DNA from: Octopus vulgaris
Taxonomy: Eukaryota
Assembly: GCA_951406725.2 (NCBI GenBank)
Contig: OX597839.1
Location: forward strand, 1,612,001-1,676,000
DNA length: 64,000 nucleotides
Direction: 5' to 3'
Part shown: piece after piece, positions 1-40,877 of the stretch
Numbering within the stretch: the first letter of the stretch is position 1
Layout of the letters: every line of letters starts with the position of its first letter
Position numbers and translations under genes: made by a program
The notes under the pieces: generated by a model
Database searches by the model: none
The model's input: the letters and a program-made list of their open reading frames with translations, nothing else
Told to the model about the DNA's origin: nothing

Positions 1-26200
<26,200 letters not shown>

Positions 26201-26519
26201 CGTTACTCCTCTCTCCCTTCGGCGGGCGAATTACGTTTTAGTTAGGTGAAACTAAACAAGAAGTTGCTCTGTTTACATGCTTTGCTCACATCAACTTTTC
26301 ACTGCCCTGATACGTCATCTGTTTGTTTCCTTCTCTCTATCTTTCTCCATCAATCAGTATGGCTCACTCTCTCTTCCCTCTTTTTCTCTTTATATCAAAC
26401 TAATCCACTTCCTCCCTCTCTTCAATTCTTTCTTCCCGTTTCCCTCTATATCTAACAAACCCACATCCCTACACACGCATGTATATTTGCACAAACGTAC
26501 ACTCTCTCCCTCCCCTCTA

Positions 26520-26655
26520 ATTTTCTCTCTCTCTTTTCTCTCTCTCTGTCTTTCTTTTCTCTCTCTCTCTTTTCTCTCTCTCTCTCTCTCTTTTTTCTCT
26601 CTCTCTCTTTTCTCTCTCTCTCTTTCTTTTCTCTCTCTCCCTTTTCTCTCTCTCT

Positions 26656-26739
<84 letters not shown>

Positions 26740-26740
26740 C
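26520..26740. repeat. (CT)n/(GA)n tract ~0.3 kb upstream of the CYP start codon
   Basis: Pure pyrimidine run. Confidence 0.95.
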
Positions 26741-27442
26741 ACATCAATACAATGACCACCAACAATACTACCAGCCTCTCAAACACCTGTAACCCGACCA
26801 CCCTGTAGTGTTCTTTGTATCAATTTTACTGGTTCATGCTTACGAAGTTTTGCATGAATGGATAACTTGGTATATATGGTGCGATCTAAACACATTTGTC
26901 AACACTGTGAAATACTTCCACATTTCCTACTCATAGCAGTCGTCGGACTGTGACCCAGTTTGAGTACTGCATTGGAAGGTTTAAACGAAAAACAAAATCG
27001 ACATCACCGTTTTTTTTTTAATGTTTGTTCTTGTTGTTATTATCGTTTGTGTTACTGATGTTGTTTTCAGATCTGGTACTTATTTATTGTCGAGCCGGTA
27101 GGTTAGAAAGACTAAACAAACCAGCAAGCAAACACCGGGGGAACATGGGCAAATATACAGACCCACAGAGAAGGCGGTGAGCTGGCAGAAACGTTAGCAC
27201 GCCGGGCGAAATGCGTAACCGTATTTCGTCCGCCGTTACGTTCTGAGTTCAAATTCCGCCGAGGTCGACTTTGCCTTTCATCCTTTCGGGGTCGATAAAT
27301 AAAGTACCAGTTACGCACTGGGGTCGATGTAATCGACTTAATCTCTTTGTCTCTCCTTGTTTGTCCCCTCTATGTTTAGCCCTTTGTGGGCAGTAAAGAA
27401 ATATATACAGACACACACACACACACACATACATACACGTAC

Positions 27443-27802
27443 ATCCAGCACAGTACAGGTGTCTCTCTGGGCCACTTCCTTGATTTACAGAGTATGCCCT
27501 CAGTTGTCATTGCTTCAATGGAAACTCCAGTGTAATCTACATAATGAATTGATGGATCATATTTGAAAGTTGCTTCTCTGAACTGTTGCAACTGCTCTTC
27601 GTTCTGCGATGGAGATCCTATTCCTTGTCATCTGAACATACCTCTGTTCATCACTTTGAGTTGTTTCGGCTTTTGTAGTGCACAGTCGGTTCGTTTCTTG
27701 GTATGCTTCCCTTTCTGCAGCTGTTTCTCTTTCCCTGAACAGAGGTATTATTTTGATAGACCTTGACATTGTAGATAAATTTGAGACTTACCTTCTAGGC
27801 AT
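27443..27802 (-). mobile_element. Helitron RepHel N-terminal remnant
   Basis: MPRR start, charged ET..ER repeats, then F.YDP.I.Y...V.I..M...C...KW..ETP..C zinc-finger-like motif; frameshifted. Confidence 0.65.
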
Positions 27803-28417
27803 GGTTATATACGTAGACAGAAATACACGGGTACACAAGATAGTGAACAATGAAAATAACCAAGGAAATGAAATTATATTTCTTATTACGATGGGAAGAA
27901 AGTAAATAAGAAATTTTTACAGAAAATAAAGAATTGTATGTGCTGAAGCGAAATTTGTCAGCGAACCAAAGAGCCAGTATCAAAGGAACCAGATAGAGAG
28001 ATATAGAGAGATGGAGATAGATAGAGAGAGATGGTTAGAGAATTGTAGAGTTCATTGACGCTAGAAAACCAGAAGTAAATATTTCTAAAAACTTCCAAAG
28101 ACATCAATCAAATATAAAAAGTAATGCTTTTATTATTTAATGAACAATGAATGTAAGAGAGACAATCAATTTCTGAAAGTTACTTCGCAAAAAGATATCT
28201 CCCTTGTCCACGTAACCCAGGAACGGATATTTTTGCCCCCAGGGGGCCTGTTATTCATTATCTGAAAAATTTAAAGACTCTAAAACCATTTCTGGAAAAT
28301 AAGTAATGTATGTTCCCAGTTTGGAGAAAATAGGTTGAAAAATACGGCCGTTATAATCTTTTATACACACAGAGACAGAATAGGATTTATATTGTATTAT
28401 ATTATATTATATTATAT

Positions 28418-28491
<74 letters not shown>

Positions 28492-28664
28492 ATGTATGTA
28501 TATATAGGATAAAAGTGAGACCACGTGACCGCGTGATATATAACGGGAAGGTTTACGAAAATAAACAAAAGACGATGGTTACTAATACAATTGTTTGTTT
28601 GTACACCACCTGCCTTCGTCTTTTGTTTATTTTCGTAAACCTTCCCGTTATATATATATATACA

Positions 28665-29206
28665 GCTTACCGAACTACATCCAGGCAATGCAACCTCATA
28701 TCGCCAATACAAAAATAACAACTGTACAGGCGCATGAGGAGAGAGAAAAGGTCCTCCACGCCCACATGATGATGTGGACAATTGTTCTGGGACCCCAGAA
28801 ACGTACAGCAAATAATTTCCAAGCCTGAAACAATGATATCCCGGCACTGTATGGACTTCGCAAGGACCATAAAGTAATTACTGACCCTATAGCAGGACAA
28901 CCAACAAGACCAGTCTGTGGAGCGAATATCGCTAGCAATTACAGAATCTCCTACTTCCTCTCAATGATCATACGCCCTATAATCCGGATGTCACCTGATG
29001 TTTGTGACAGCACAGAAGATCTCCTCAGCAGGATCAATGACTGTAACAACACTTGTGACCTGACAGGATGTATGGTGGGTAGCATGGATGTGGTATCCCT
29101 ATACCCATCGATCGACGTAGATTTTGCGGTGGAGAAGTGCGTGGAGATGATCAATGAGAGCCAGGTGGCGTTCCGTAATGTCAACACAGAAGAACTGGGC
29201 CTCCTA

Positions 29207-29208
<2 letters not shown>
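28665..29208 (+). mobile_element. Penelope-like RT N-terminal fragment
   Basis: PALYGLRKDHK...PTRPV and SMDVVSLYPSID motifs; preceded by an inverted repeat at 28538-28652. Confidence 0.8.
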
Positions 29209-29291
<83 letters not shown>

Positions 29292-30796
29292 CTGTGTGTG
29301 TGTGTGTGTGTGTAAATATAATATGTGACAATTATTCGGTAGCTATGATAAAACTCCGAGTTTCTGATGTCGGGGCGGAAACATCTCTTATATCGGGCCA
29401 TAGAGAAAAATGCTTTGAAATGACTGTTAAACAAAGGGAAATTACTATGTGATTGGCCGTTATTAAGACAAAAGAGCTATTAGAATGACCACTAAGTAAG
29501 GGAAGGGAGTAAAGGTTAGGGAGTAAAAATCTTCATAGTAACCGTGTAAATGCGCATGTCCATATATACACTCGGGGTTTTTTCATAGCTACCGAATAAT
29601 TGTCACATATTACATTTACAGATAAATTCCTCTATTTACATAATATCGAGGTCTCCTTCATTCTTTTGCTGTCTTACCATATATATCAATATATATAAAT
29701 ATATATGAGTGGCTGTGTGGTAAGGAGCTTGCTTACCAACCACATGGTTCCGGGTTCAGTCCCACTGCGTGGCACCTTGGGCAAGTGTCTTCAACTCGGG
29801 CCGACCAAAGCCTTGTGAGTGGTAGACGGAAGCTAAAAGAAGCCCGTCGTATATATGTATATATATGCGTGTATATGTTTGTGTGTCTGTGCTTGTCCCT
29901 CCAACATCGCTTGTCAACCGATGCTGGTGTGTTTATGTCCCCGTAACCTAGCGGTTCGGCAAAAAGACACCGATAGAATAAGTACTAGGCTTACAAAGAA
30001 TATGTCCTGGAGTCGATTTGCTCGACTAAAGGCGGTGCTTCAGCATAGCCGCAGTCAAATGACTGAAGCATGTAAAAAGAAGAATATATATATATATATG
30101 TGTGTATGTTTGTGTGTGTGTGTAAAAAATACAAACTGGGACAAGAACGCAAAACATTTAGAAGACGATACAAAAAACATGGACGGGACATTCGAAGCCT
30201 TCAATCTTCAGTCAAGAAACCGGATCATCCTCGCAATTTCGGCTGATTAATCTTGAGATGGCTCCAATCTGGCCAGCCCCAAGGAAAGTCTAAACTAAGC
30301 GCATTAGATTTCTTGGAAGAAAGCTTCGAATGTATAACACACACAATGTATAAGCATAATATATATATTTATATTGTGTATTTATACAATTTATAGGCGC
30401 AGGAGTGGCTGAGTGGTAAGTTGCTTGCTAACCAACCACATGGTTCCGGGTTCAGTCCCACTGCGTGGCATCTTGGGCAAGTGTCTTCTGCTATATCCCC
30501 GGGCCAACCAATGCCTTGTGAGTGGATTTGGTAGACGGAAACTGTTGTATATATGTATATATATATATTAGAAGAAATGAGGTAATCAGAAGATCGGATG
30601 GTTTATATTTAAAGATATTTATTTATATATTACATTTTATATATATATATCATATCACTTAGATTATTAGCGCTTTCTCCCATTCTAGTGGGGTTTTCAA
30701 ATCAAAATAAGTTCCTTTGTGGGGCATTTTAATCATTTTATAGAGTTTCGTAGTGGTGGGGAGGAATATAAGACAGTACAAGAGGGTGATATATAT

Positions 30797-30845
<49 letters not shown>

Positions 30846-31144
30846 TGTGTCTGTGTTTGTCCCCCTAGCATTGCTTGACAACCGATGCTGGTGTGTTTAT
30901 GTCCCCGTCACTTAGAGGGACCGATAGAATAAGTACTGGGCTTACAAAGAATAAGTCCCGGGGTCGATTTGCTCGACTAAAGGCGGTGCTGCAGCATGGC
31001 CGCAGTCAAATGACTTAAAGAAGTAAAAGAGTAAAAGAGTAATGCACACATGCAGACGCACTAACACACACGCACACGCACACGCACACGCACATACAAA
31101 CACACACACACATGTATATCGTATCAGCTCATAGTTTTTTGTTG

Positions 31145-32544
31145 GGATCTTTTCCTTTTGAAAGCCAGATTTTCCTAGTTAACTAAACAATTTGAAACTT
31201 CGTAAACTGGTAGAATGTGTCAAAAGAAAACATAATTGTAAACCAAAATGAAAACGGAATTGTAATTTCTAAGTTTAACCTTGTTTAAAAATTCGAATTT
31301 TAACCAATGATATTCTTTCTTTCGGTCTCATATTATTTACTGCTTCTCAAAATATTGTTACTGTAACGTAAACAGCTATTTTGTGACGTAGTTAACATAG
31401 CTAAAATGTAAACAAAACCACTTCTGGTACCTACGGTACTTATACCGAAGGGTCGCCGTCGAATGTACCAACCGTAGTATTTATAATTTTTTGGCGTAAG
31501 AAATGACGCTACGCATTTTATCCGATGCACTACCGATTCTGCCAGCTTTACATTATATTTTTCGTCGAAGTTTAACTATGTCACTTTGATGATATATTTT
31601 TACGCGTGGACAAATAATAGAGAGATAATGTGGATCAGATGATATTACATGCTGACAAGGGCTTGGTAAAGGACAGTTAGAATGTTTAGGGATACGGTCC
31701 TATACGTTCGGGTTTCAACCCTCACCGGAATTCAAAACAAGCCGTCTGTTCTTCCACGGTCGAGAAAATACATCGATCAAGTATTGGAGATCGATATAAA
31801 TGATTATACCCTCCACTCACCCCAAAATATATGCTTTGTGTCTATAATCAATATTACAAATATATTGTTATTGCTATTTAACTCAGGTCATCCTGATAAA
31901 CCCGGTTGAGGATCAAAGGGTTCTAACTATGACCAACCCGTATTTTTGCGCCCCCACCCTTTTTTTCAGATATAGCATCTATGATTATATTAGCCAATGT
32001 ACCCTTCCTTTAACCCAGTAGTATATGGTTTTAAGGGGATTTGGGTGTTATTCCTAGCACATCGACGAGCGAAAACGCAGAGGGGCCCTGATTATGTGCG
32101 AGTATGCGTATGGATGGGTACGTGTGTGTATGTGGGTGCATACAAGCCAAATAACCGGTTCAAGGCGTGAGTCAAACTGAAGAATCAAAGCGTGTGCACA
32201 AGTTTATATTAAATATATACATTGTATAGAGAAAACACCCGAAGCCTATACAAAAACACTGAATATGTGTTTATTATTCATCCAAAGTAAACAGTACGTG
32301 TGCTGTTTACGTCACAGTAACAATATGTTTAGACGGGGCAAATAATTTCAACTGAATACAGAGAATACGATTGGTTAAAATTCGCAGATTTAAACTACGT
32401 ATAAACTTATAAAATACATTTTTGTCAAAAGAACTAGTTGAAATTATTGTTTTCTTTTGACACATTCTACCAGTATACGAAGTTTCAAATTATTTAGTTA
32501 ACTAGAAAAATCTTAAAAATCTGGCTTTCAAAAAGAAAAGATCC
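31145..32544. mobile_element. Non-autonomous DNA transposon with long imperfect TIRs and an 8-bp TSD
   Basis: ggatcttttcc...aagaaaagatcc ends; TTTTGTTG on both flanks (31137-31144, 32545-32552). Related right ends at ~38780-38878, ~45137-45236 and ~56260-56440. Confidence 0.7.
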
Positions 32545-32805
32545 TTTTGTTGTTGTCTGGAGGCCCATTACTCATCAGAAATTCTCACAAAAACTCCTCC
32601 TTTTCTCTCTCCATATTCCCCTCTCTCTCTCACTCTCTCTTTCCCTCCCTCCTGCCACTCTGTCATATCTTTCATCATGCCCTAATTTTTCCCTTGTTGC
32701 TGGTCACTACTCTGTAAATAGCCTCCTCGATTAGTTCTTAAATATCACATGTTTACTGCTTAACTGAACCACAGTGTGTGAGAGGATTTACAACACTAGC
32801 ACCCC

Positions 32806-32837
<32 letters not shown>

Positions 32838-33792
32838 CAACAACAACCAACGGCCATTAAATTCAATACAAAATCAATTTGTTTTGTTTTTTTAAAATTA
32901 TCTACTCGGCGCAGGAGTGGCTGCGTGGTAAGTAGCTTGTTTACCAACCACATGGTTCCGGGTTCAGTCCCACTGCGTGGCACCTTGGGTAAGTGTCTTC
33001 TACTATAGCCTCGGGCCGACCAAAGCCTTGTGAGTGGACTTGGTAGACGGAAACTGAAAGAAGCCCGTCGTATATATGTATATATATATATGTATATGCG
33101 TGTGTGTGTTTGTGTGTCTGTGTTTGTCCCCCTAGCATTGCTTGACAACCGATGCTGGTGTGTGTATGTCCCCGTTACATAGTGGTTCGGCAAAACAGAC
33201 CGATAGAATAAGTACTGGTCTTACAAAAAAGAATAAGACCTGGGGTCGAGTTGCACGATTAAAGGAGATGCTCCATCATGGCCGCAGTCAAATGACTGAA
33301 ACAAGTAAAATAGAGTAAAAAGATGAGTAAAAAAGAGCTATCGGTCTTTACGTCTCAAAATTTTTCTTCATTCACACAAACAAGTGGTGCATTTACAGAG
33401 TTAATTTGCTAAATGTACCATTCGAAAAGAAGAAAAACACATCGAAATTTGTTCTCTTTGCAGCTACGAGGTGTCGGGTTCAGTCCTGCTGCCCAGTACC
33501 TTGAGCAAGTGCCTTCAACTACACCTCCAGGCTGACTGATACCTATTTCTTTATTACCCACAAGGCGCTAAACACAGAGGGGACAAACAAGGACAGACAT
33601 AGGTATTAAGTCGATTACATCGACCCCAGTGCGTAACTGGTACTTAATTTATCGACCCCGAAAGGAAGAAAGGCAAAGTCGACCTCGGCGGAATTTGAAC
33701 TCACAACGTAACGCAGACGAAATACCGCTAAGCATTTCGCCCGGCGTGCTAACGTTTCTGCCAGCTGACTGATACCGTGTGTGTGGATTTGG

Positions 33793-33861
<69 letters not shown>

Positions 33862-34033
33862 AACGCAGATGTGGCTGTGTGGTAAGAAACTTGCTTCTCA
33901 ATCACACGGTTCACGGTTCAGTCCCACTGCGTGGCACCTTGGGCAAGTATCTTCTACTATAGCCTCGGGCCAACCAAAGCCTTGTGAGTGGATTTGGAGA
34001 CGTTATGGAAATACATATATGTGTGTGTATGTT

Positions 34034-34093
<60 letters not shown>

Positions 34094-34476
34094 TGTATAG
34101 TAAACCCTCGACTATCGCGGGTGTTATGTTCCAAAACCCCACCGCGAGAGGTGAAAATCCGCAAAAGAGAAACAGTACTGTACTGCATATTTTTTTTTAT
34201 TATTTTTATAATTTGTATGCATCTATTTTGTTATGAATACAAAACAACACCACAGAGGAATCGACGTTAGCTTAAATGATAAACCGCGATATTTGAACCG
34301 CGGTAGGTGAACCACGATATGGTGAGAGATTACTGCATAGATGCAGAAAATATTTAACCGATATACAATGCCAATAGAATGTTGCTGACCTATGTTTGTC
34401 ACTATCTTTTATACTCCTATTACTAAATATCTTACTCCTTTTACAACTACGCATATCTTACTCCTATTAAAACTAC

Positions 34477-34800
34477 ATGGCTCAGTGGTTAGAGCGTCGA
34501 GCTTACGATCGTGAGGCTGTGAGCTCGAATCCCGGACCGGGCTGCGTGTAGTGTTCTTGAGCAAGACACTTTATTTCACGTTGATCCAGCTCACTCAGCT
34601 GTAAAAATGAGTAGCGACGTCACAGGTGCCAAGCTGTATCGGCCCCTTTGCCTTTCCCTTGGATAACACTGGTGGCGTGGAGAGGGGAGGCCGGTATGCA
34701 AGGGCGACTGATTGTCTTCCATAAAACAACCTTGACCGGCCTTGTGCCTGGGAGGGTAACTTTCTAGGTGCAACACCATGGCCTGTGTCGTGACCGAAGG
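34477..34800 (+). mobile_element. tRNA-derived SINE family 4 (copies at ~40993-41318 and, reversed, ~9655-9975)
   Basis: tggctcagtggttagagcg A box, gctcgaatccc B box and ttcttgagcaagacactt central domain. Confidence 0.7.
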
Positions 34801-35494
34801 AGCTCTCAGATTACAACTACTACCAATACGACTACACGCATTACTTTACTGCTACTTCTACTAAGTACCACTCCCCCAGTTGTTACCATCCCATTGTAAC
34901 CTCCTTTTACCTTTTCTACTTAAACATCTCATTTTTCTCCTCCCCCCCCATACACACACACACTTTCCCGATACAATAGTCACTATCCAAGTGCTCTGCT
35001 TGTTATTTCCAGCAATGGCTCTCACGTGATCACCGTGACCGACCAGGCTATCAGATGTTACTACACATCGCTGGTCACAATGCGCTTCGCAGGGTCGTAA
35101 ATTTTTCCCTATACGTCTGTTCTTTCGATGTAGGCCAAGGCCTAAACAACAACAACAACAACGACACCGACGACGATGACGACAGCAATAGCAACAACAA
35201 CATTTTATTCAGGTCTTCCAATTTATCTCAGCTGATCATGAGACCAGTTTAATGAACCTATCTATAATAACGACTGGAAACAGCTGTAAGGCAAATGTGC
35301 TATAATAAAGGAATTTCTATGTAATAACCGTTATTTAAACTTCTCTTGTGCGGTAAGAAGCTTGCTTCCCAACCACACAGTTCCGGGTTCAGTCGCACTG
35401 CGCGACACCTTTGGCAACTGTCCATAACTATAGCCTCGGGCCGACCAAAGCCTTGTGAATGGATTTGCTTGACAGAAACTGAAAGAATCCCGTC

Positions 35495-35526
<32 letters not shown>

Positions 35527-35705
35527 GACATGATTCTTTATATATATTGTATATTATATCATTTTAATTTTAAATCTAATTAATTTAAATTAAAAATTTT
35601 ATATTTTATATATTTTGTATATTATATTAATTATTTTTATCTTTATATTTTGGTTTACGTTTTTCACTGTTTGATTTGCCTAATAGTAGTTTTATCTCTA
35701 ATTTA

Positions 35706-35819
<114 letters not shown>

Positions 35820-36197
35820 ATGTATGTATGTATGTATATAAATGTGTGTGTGTGTGTATTTGTGTTTGTCCACCCATTATCACCTGACAACAAATGTTGG
35901 TGTGTTTACGTCCCCGTACGTTAGCGGTTCGGCGAAAGAGACCGATGTAATAAGTACCAGGCTTACAAAGAATAATTCCTGGGGTCAATTTTTTCGACTT
36001 AAGGCGGTGCTCCAGCATGGCGGCAGTCAAGTGACTGAAACAGTAAAATATTAACGAATATATATATATATATATATCACCGTGAACACTGTGACCAACC
36101 AGGCTATCAGATGTTGCTACACATCGCTGATCACAATGCGAAGCGCATTATTTTAGCCGTCAAATGACGCCACCCAACTGGCTAAGCGAGCAGGCCA

Positions 36198-36270
<73 letters not shown>

Positions 36271-37135
36271 CGTGATCACCGTGACCGACCAGGGCTATCA
36301 GATGTTGTTACACATCGCTGGTTACATTGCGAAGCGCATTATTTTAGCCGTCAAATGACGCCACCCAACTGGCTAAGCGAGCAGGCCAATATATATATAT
36401 ATATATATATATCACCGTGATCACCGTGACCGACCAGGGCTACCAGATGTTGTTACACATCGCTGGTTACATTGCGCTTCGCATTGTTTTAGCCTTCAAA
36501 TGACGCCACCCCGCTGGCTAAGCGAGCAAGCCAATATATATATATATATATATATATATCACCGTGATCACCGTGACCGACCAGGCTATCAGATGTTACT
36601 ACACGTCGCTGGTCACAATGCGCTTCGCAGGGTCGTAAATTTTTTCCCTATACGTCTGTTCTTTCGATGTAGGCCAAGGCCTAAACAACAACAACGACAC
36701 CAACGACGATGACGACAGCAATAGCAACAACAACATTTTGTTTTGCAGCAGAATTTTCTCACGCTGGTCTCTTTAAGTGGAATGAAATTTTCACCGACAA
36801 AAATGTTTGTATTGAAATAACTGAGAAAACTTGTTTGTCGAGTGAGTAAAGATTACGTTGACGGGTGGATGACTAGGTGGAAGGTCGGGTGGAAGACGAA
36901 AGCAGTGGTGGTGTCTGAGGTGAGGTATAAAATTATGTATATCTACAGTTTTATCCTTTTATTTGTTTCAGTAATTAGACTGCGGTCATGCTTTTTTCTA
37001 TCGGGCTCTTTTGCTGAACCGCTAGATTGCGGGGACCCAAACACAGTAGCACCTGTTGTCAAGCGGTGGTGGGGAACCAACACAGACACAAAGACAAGCA
37101 CACACATTGGTAAACATATATTTTTCCGATGGCCA

Positions 37136-37196
37136 GATAACTGAAGAGATGGCGGCGTGGATTTCCACCTCGGCATCCGAAACTCGGAGTTTTATC
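37136..37196 (+). ncRNA. Type I hammerhead-like motif
   Basis: Stem I GATAA/TTATC, CTGAAGA, stem II GATG..GTGG/CCAC..CATC, GAAA, quasi-palindromic stem III ACTCGGAGT, GUU triplet. Confidence 0.65.
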
Positions 37197-37231
37197 ATGG
37201 CTACCGAATAATTGTTACATATTACATTTAC

Positions 37232-37273
<42 letters not shown>

Positions 37274-39621
37274 CGGGCTTCCATACAGTTTCTGCCTACC
37301 TAACTCGCTTACAAGGCATCGGTTGACCCCGAGTTGTAGTAGATGACACTTGCCCAAGGTGCCACGCAGTGGAGCCGAACCCCAAACTACAGGATTACAG
37401 AGCGAGCTTCCTAACAACACAGGCATAATATATATAAAAATTGTTTGTTTATATATGGTGTGTGTGTGTGTGTGTGTGTGTTTGTGTGTGCGAGAGAGAG
37501 AGAGAGAGTGCGCGATCATGATCGTAAGGTCGGGAGTTCGATTCTTGGCAATGCGTTGTTCTTGAGCAAGACATTTTATTTCACATTGCTCCAGCGGGCA
37601 AAATAGAGTAGTACCTTTATTTCAGAGGGCCAGCTTTGTCACAACCTGTGTCGCGATAAATCTCCCTGAGAACTACGTTAAGGGTACGCGTGTCTGTGGA
37701 GTACTCGGCCATTTGCTCATTAATTTCACGAGCAGGCTGTTCCGTTGACCAGGTCAACTGGAACACTCTTCGTTGTAACTGACGAAGTGCCAGTGTGTGT
37801 GTGTAAAACAATCTTCATAATTACGCAATTACGCTAGATCCGGTGTAATGATATTTCTGATATACAAACAGATAAAAGTATTATATTATGCCTCGTGTCC
37901 CAGAATTAACTATCAATTTCAGCGAAATCGGACAATTTTTTTTTTAAACTGACTTTTATTTATGGTTATCGTCTTTAATATCTTCTATCTTTTATTTGAT
38001 TGTTATGAGACTGCGGCAATACTGGAGCATCACTGCGGAGAAGGTTTTAGTTGAATGAATCGACCCATGTTCTTTATAAAGCCTGATACTTATTCTATCG
38101 AAATATTTTGCCGAATCGCTTAGATACAGAGACGTAAACACAATAACACCGGTTGCCAAGCGGCTGTGGGAAAAAACACAGACACGCAAACACACACACT
38201 ATATATATGACGGGAATCTTTTGATTTACCCTCTACCAAATCCACTGGCAAGGCTTTAGTCGGCCCGGCGCTGTAGTAGAAGGTACTCCCCAAAATTTCA
38301 CCCAGAGGGACTGAACCGGGGAACATGTGGTTAGGAAGCAATCTTCTTATTTCTTATTTCTTTATTGCCTACAAGCCGCTAAACATAGAGGGGACAAACA
38401 AGGACAGACAAAGGAATTAAGTCGATTACATCGACCCCAGTGCGTAACTGGTACTTAATTTATCGACCCCGAAAGGATGTCATATGAAATTGTCACCCAT
38501 AATCATGACCCTGGTATCGATCTATTGCGTTTCAATCTATTTTAGGGTTAGGGTTAGTTAGGGTTAGGGTTAGGGCTAGGGGTGGCGGGAGGGTTTCTTT
38601 TTTTCTTCACAAATATAAATAAACTCAATCTGTTTCTTAAACGAGGGACATATTCATACGACACAGAATGTTGTTTACCTCAATGGACGTCATTGATTGG
38701 TTGAAATTGCAGAAATTGAAGAAAAATAAACAACAAATATCTTACAAGCTATAGAATTTTCTCAATAAAGCTAAGAGAAAAAGATGTTTTATAAACACAT
38801 TCTACCAGTATACGAAGTTTAAAATTTTTTAGTTACCTAGAAATTATGTTAACAACTGCCGTTCAAACCGAAAAGATCCTCATAATTAAATAATAAGCAT
38901 AAAGTTCTCTCAGATGATTTTGAATTTGCCCGATTTCATTGAAATAGTTAATTCTGGGACATCCTGTATTTGTAAGTATTTCTATAAACAAAGTGCTGTC
39001 AAGAACAGTGCAGAGAGTCTATAAGACCTATAAGTTGACATTCGCTCACAAATTTATATATATATATATAAATTTCACTAGGGTCAAAGGCAACGAGCTG
39101 GCAGAATCATTAGCGTGCTGGACGAAATGCTTATAAGTATTTCACCTGCCGCTACGTTCTGAGTTCAAATTCCGCCGAGGTCGACTTTGCCTTTCATCCA
39201 TTCGGGGTCGCTAAATTAAGTACCAGTTACGCACATCCTCCTGGATGATTTGCTAAAATGTCTGTGTATGTCATAGGTCTTTGATATCTTGTTATCCTGT
39301 CTCCTGTCTGTCGGCTTAATACAATAAGAAGGTATGCAGCTTGACATATCGTATTTCTCTCAGGTCTCGATAAACAGAAATATAATCTATACTTTGCAAT
39401 GATTCATAATGGTAATTTTTCAGTGACATATACATATCAAAGAAACTGCAGATATAGGTGCAGGAGTGGCTGTGTGGTAAGTAGCTTGCTAACCAGCCAC
39501 ATGGTTCCGGGTTCAGTCCCACTGCATGGCACCTTGGGCAAGTGTCTTCTGCTATAGCCCTGGGCAGACCAATGCTTTGTGAGTGGATTTGGTAGACGGA
39601 AACTGAAAGAAGCCCGTCGTA

Positions 39622-39669
<48 letters not shown>

Positions 39670-40327
39670 TGTGTGTGTTTGTGTGTCTGTGTTTGTCCCC
39701 CTAGCATTGCTTGTCAACCGATGCTGGTGTGTGTATGTCCCCGTTACATAGCGGTTCGGCAAAACAGACCGATAGAATAAGTACTGGTCTTACAAAAAAG
39801 AATAAGTCCTGGGGTCGAGTTGCTCGATTAAAGGCGGTGCTCCAGCATGGCCGCAGTCAAATGACTGAAACAAGTAAAATAGAGTAAAAAGAAGAGTAAA
39901 AAAGAGCTATCGTTCTTTACGTCTCAAAATTTTTCTTCATTCACACAAACAAGTGGTGCATTTACAGAGTTAATTTGCTAAATGCACCATTCGAAAAGAA
40001 GAAAAACACATCGAAATTTGTTCTCTTTGCAGCTACGAGGTGTCGGGTTCAGTCCTGCTGCCCAGTACCTTGAGCAAGTGCCTTCAACTACACCTCCAGG
40101 CTGACTGATACCTATTTCTTTATTACCCACAAGGCGCTAAACACAGAGGGGACAAACAAGGACAGACATAGGTATTAAGTCGATTACATCGACCCCAGTG
40201 CGTAACTGGTACTTAATTTATCGACCCCGAAAGGAAGAAAGGCAAAGTCGACCTCGGCGGAATTTGAACTCACAACGTAACGCAGACGAAATACCGCTAA
40301 GCATTTCGGCCGTGTGTGTGGATTTGG

Positions 40328-40396
<69 letters not shown>

Positions 40397-40576
40397 AACG
40401 CAGGTGTGGCTGTGTGGTAAGAAACTTGCTTCTCAATCACACGGTTCACGGTTCAGTCCCACTGCGTGGCACCTTGGGCAAGTATCTTCTACTATAGCCT
40501 CGGGCCAACCAAAGCCTTGTGAGTGGATTTGGAGACGTTATGGAAATACAAACACACATACATATATGTGTGTGTA

Positions 40577-40614
<38 letters not shown>

Positions 40615-40620
40615 CGTGTG

Positions 40621-40877
40621 TACAGTAATCCCTCGACTATCGCGGGTGTTACGTTCCAAAACCCCACCGCGAGAGGTGAAAATCCGCGAAAGAGAAACAG
40701 TACTGTACTGCATATTTTTTTTTAAATTATTTTTATAATTTGTATGCATCTATTTTGTTATGAATACAAAACAACACCACGAGGAATCGACGTTAGCTTA
40801 AATGATAAACCACGATATGTGAACCGCGGTAGGTGAACCGCGGTAGGTGAACCACGATACGGTAGGAGATTACTGCA
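40621..40877. mobile_element. Tigger/pogo-like MITE (second copy at ~34095-34337)
   Basis: TA-cagtaatccctcg ... gagattactg termini. Confidence 0.6.

Noticed and set aside
38541-38581. TTAGGG repeats suggesting a telomere
   Set aside because: Only a few units, internal to a dispersed repeat and duplicated at ~44898
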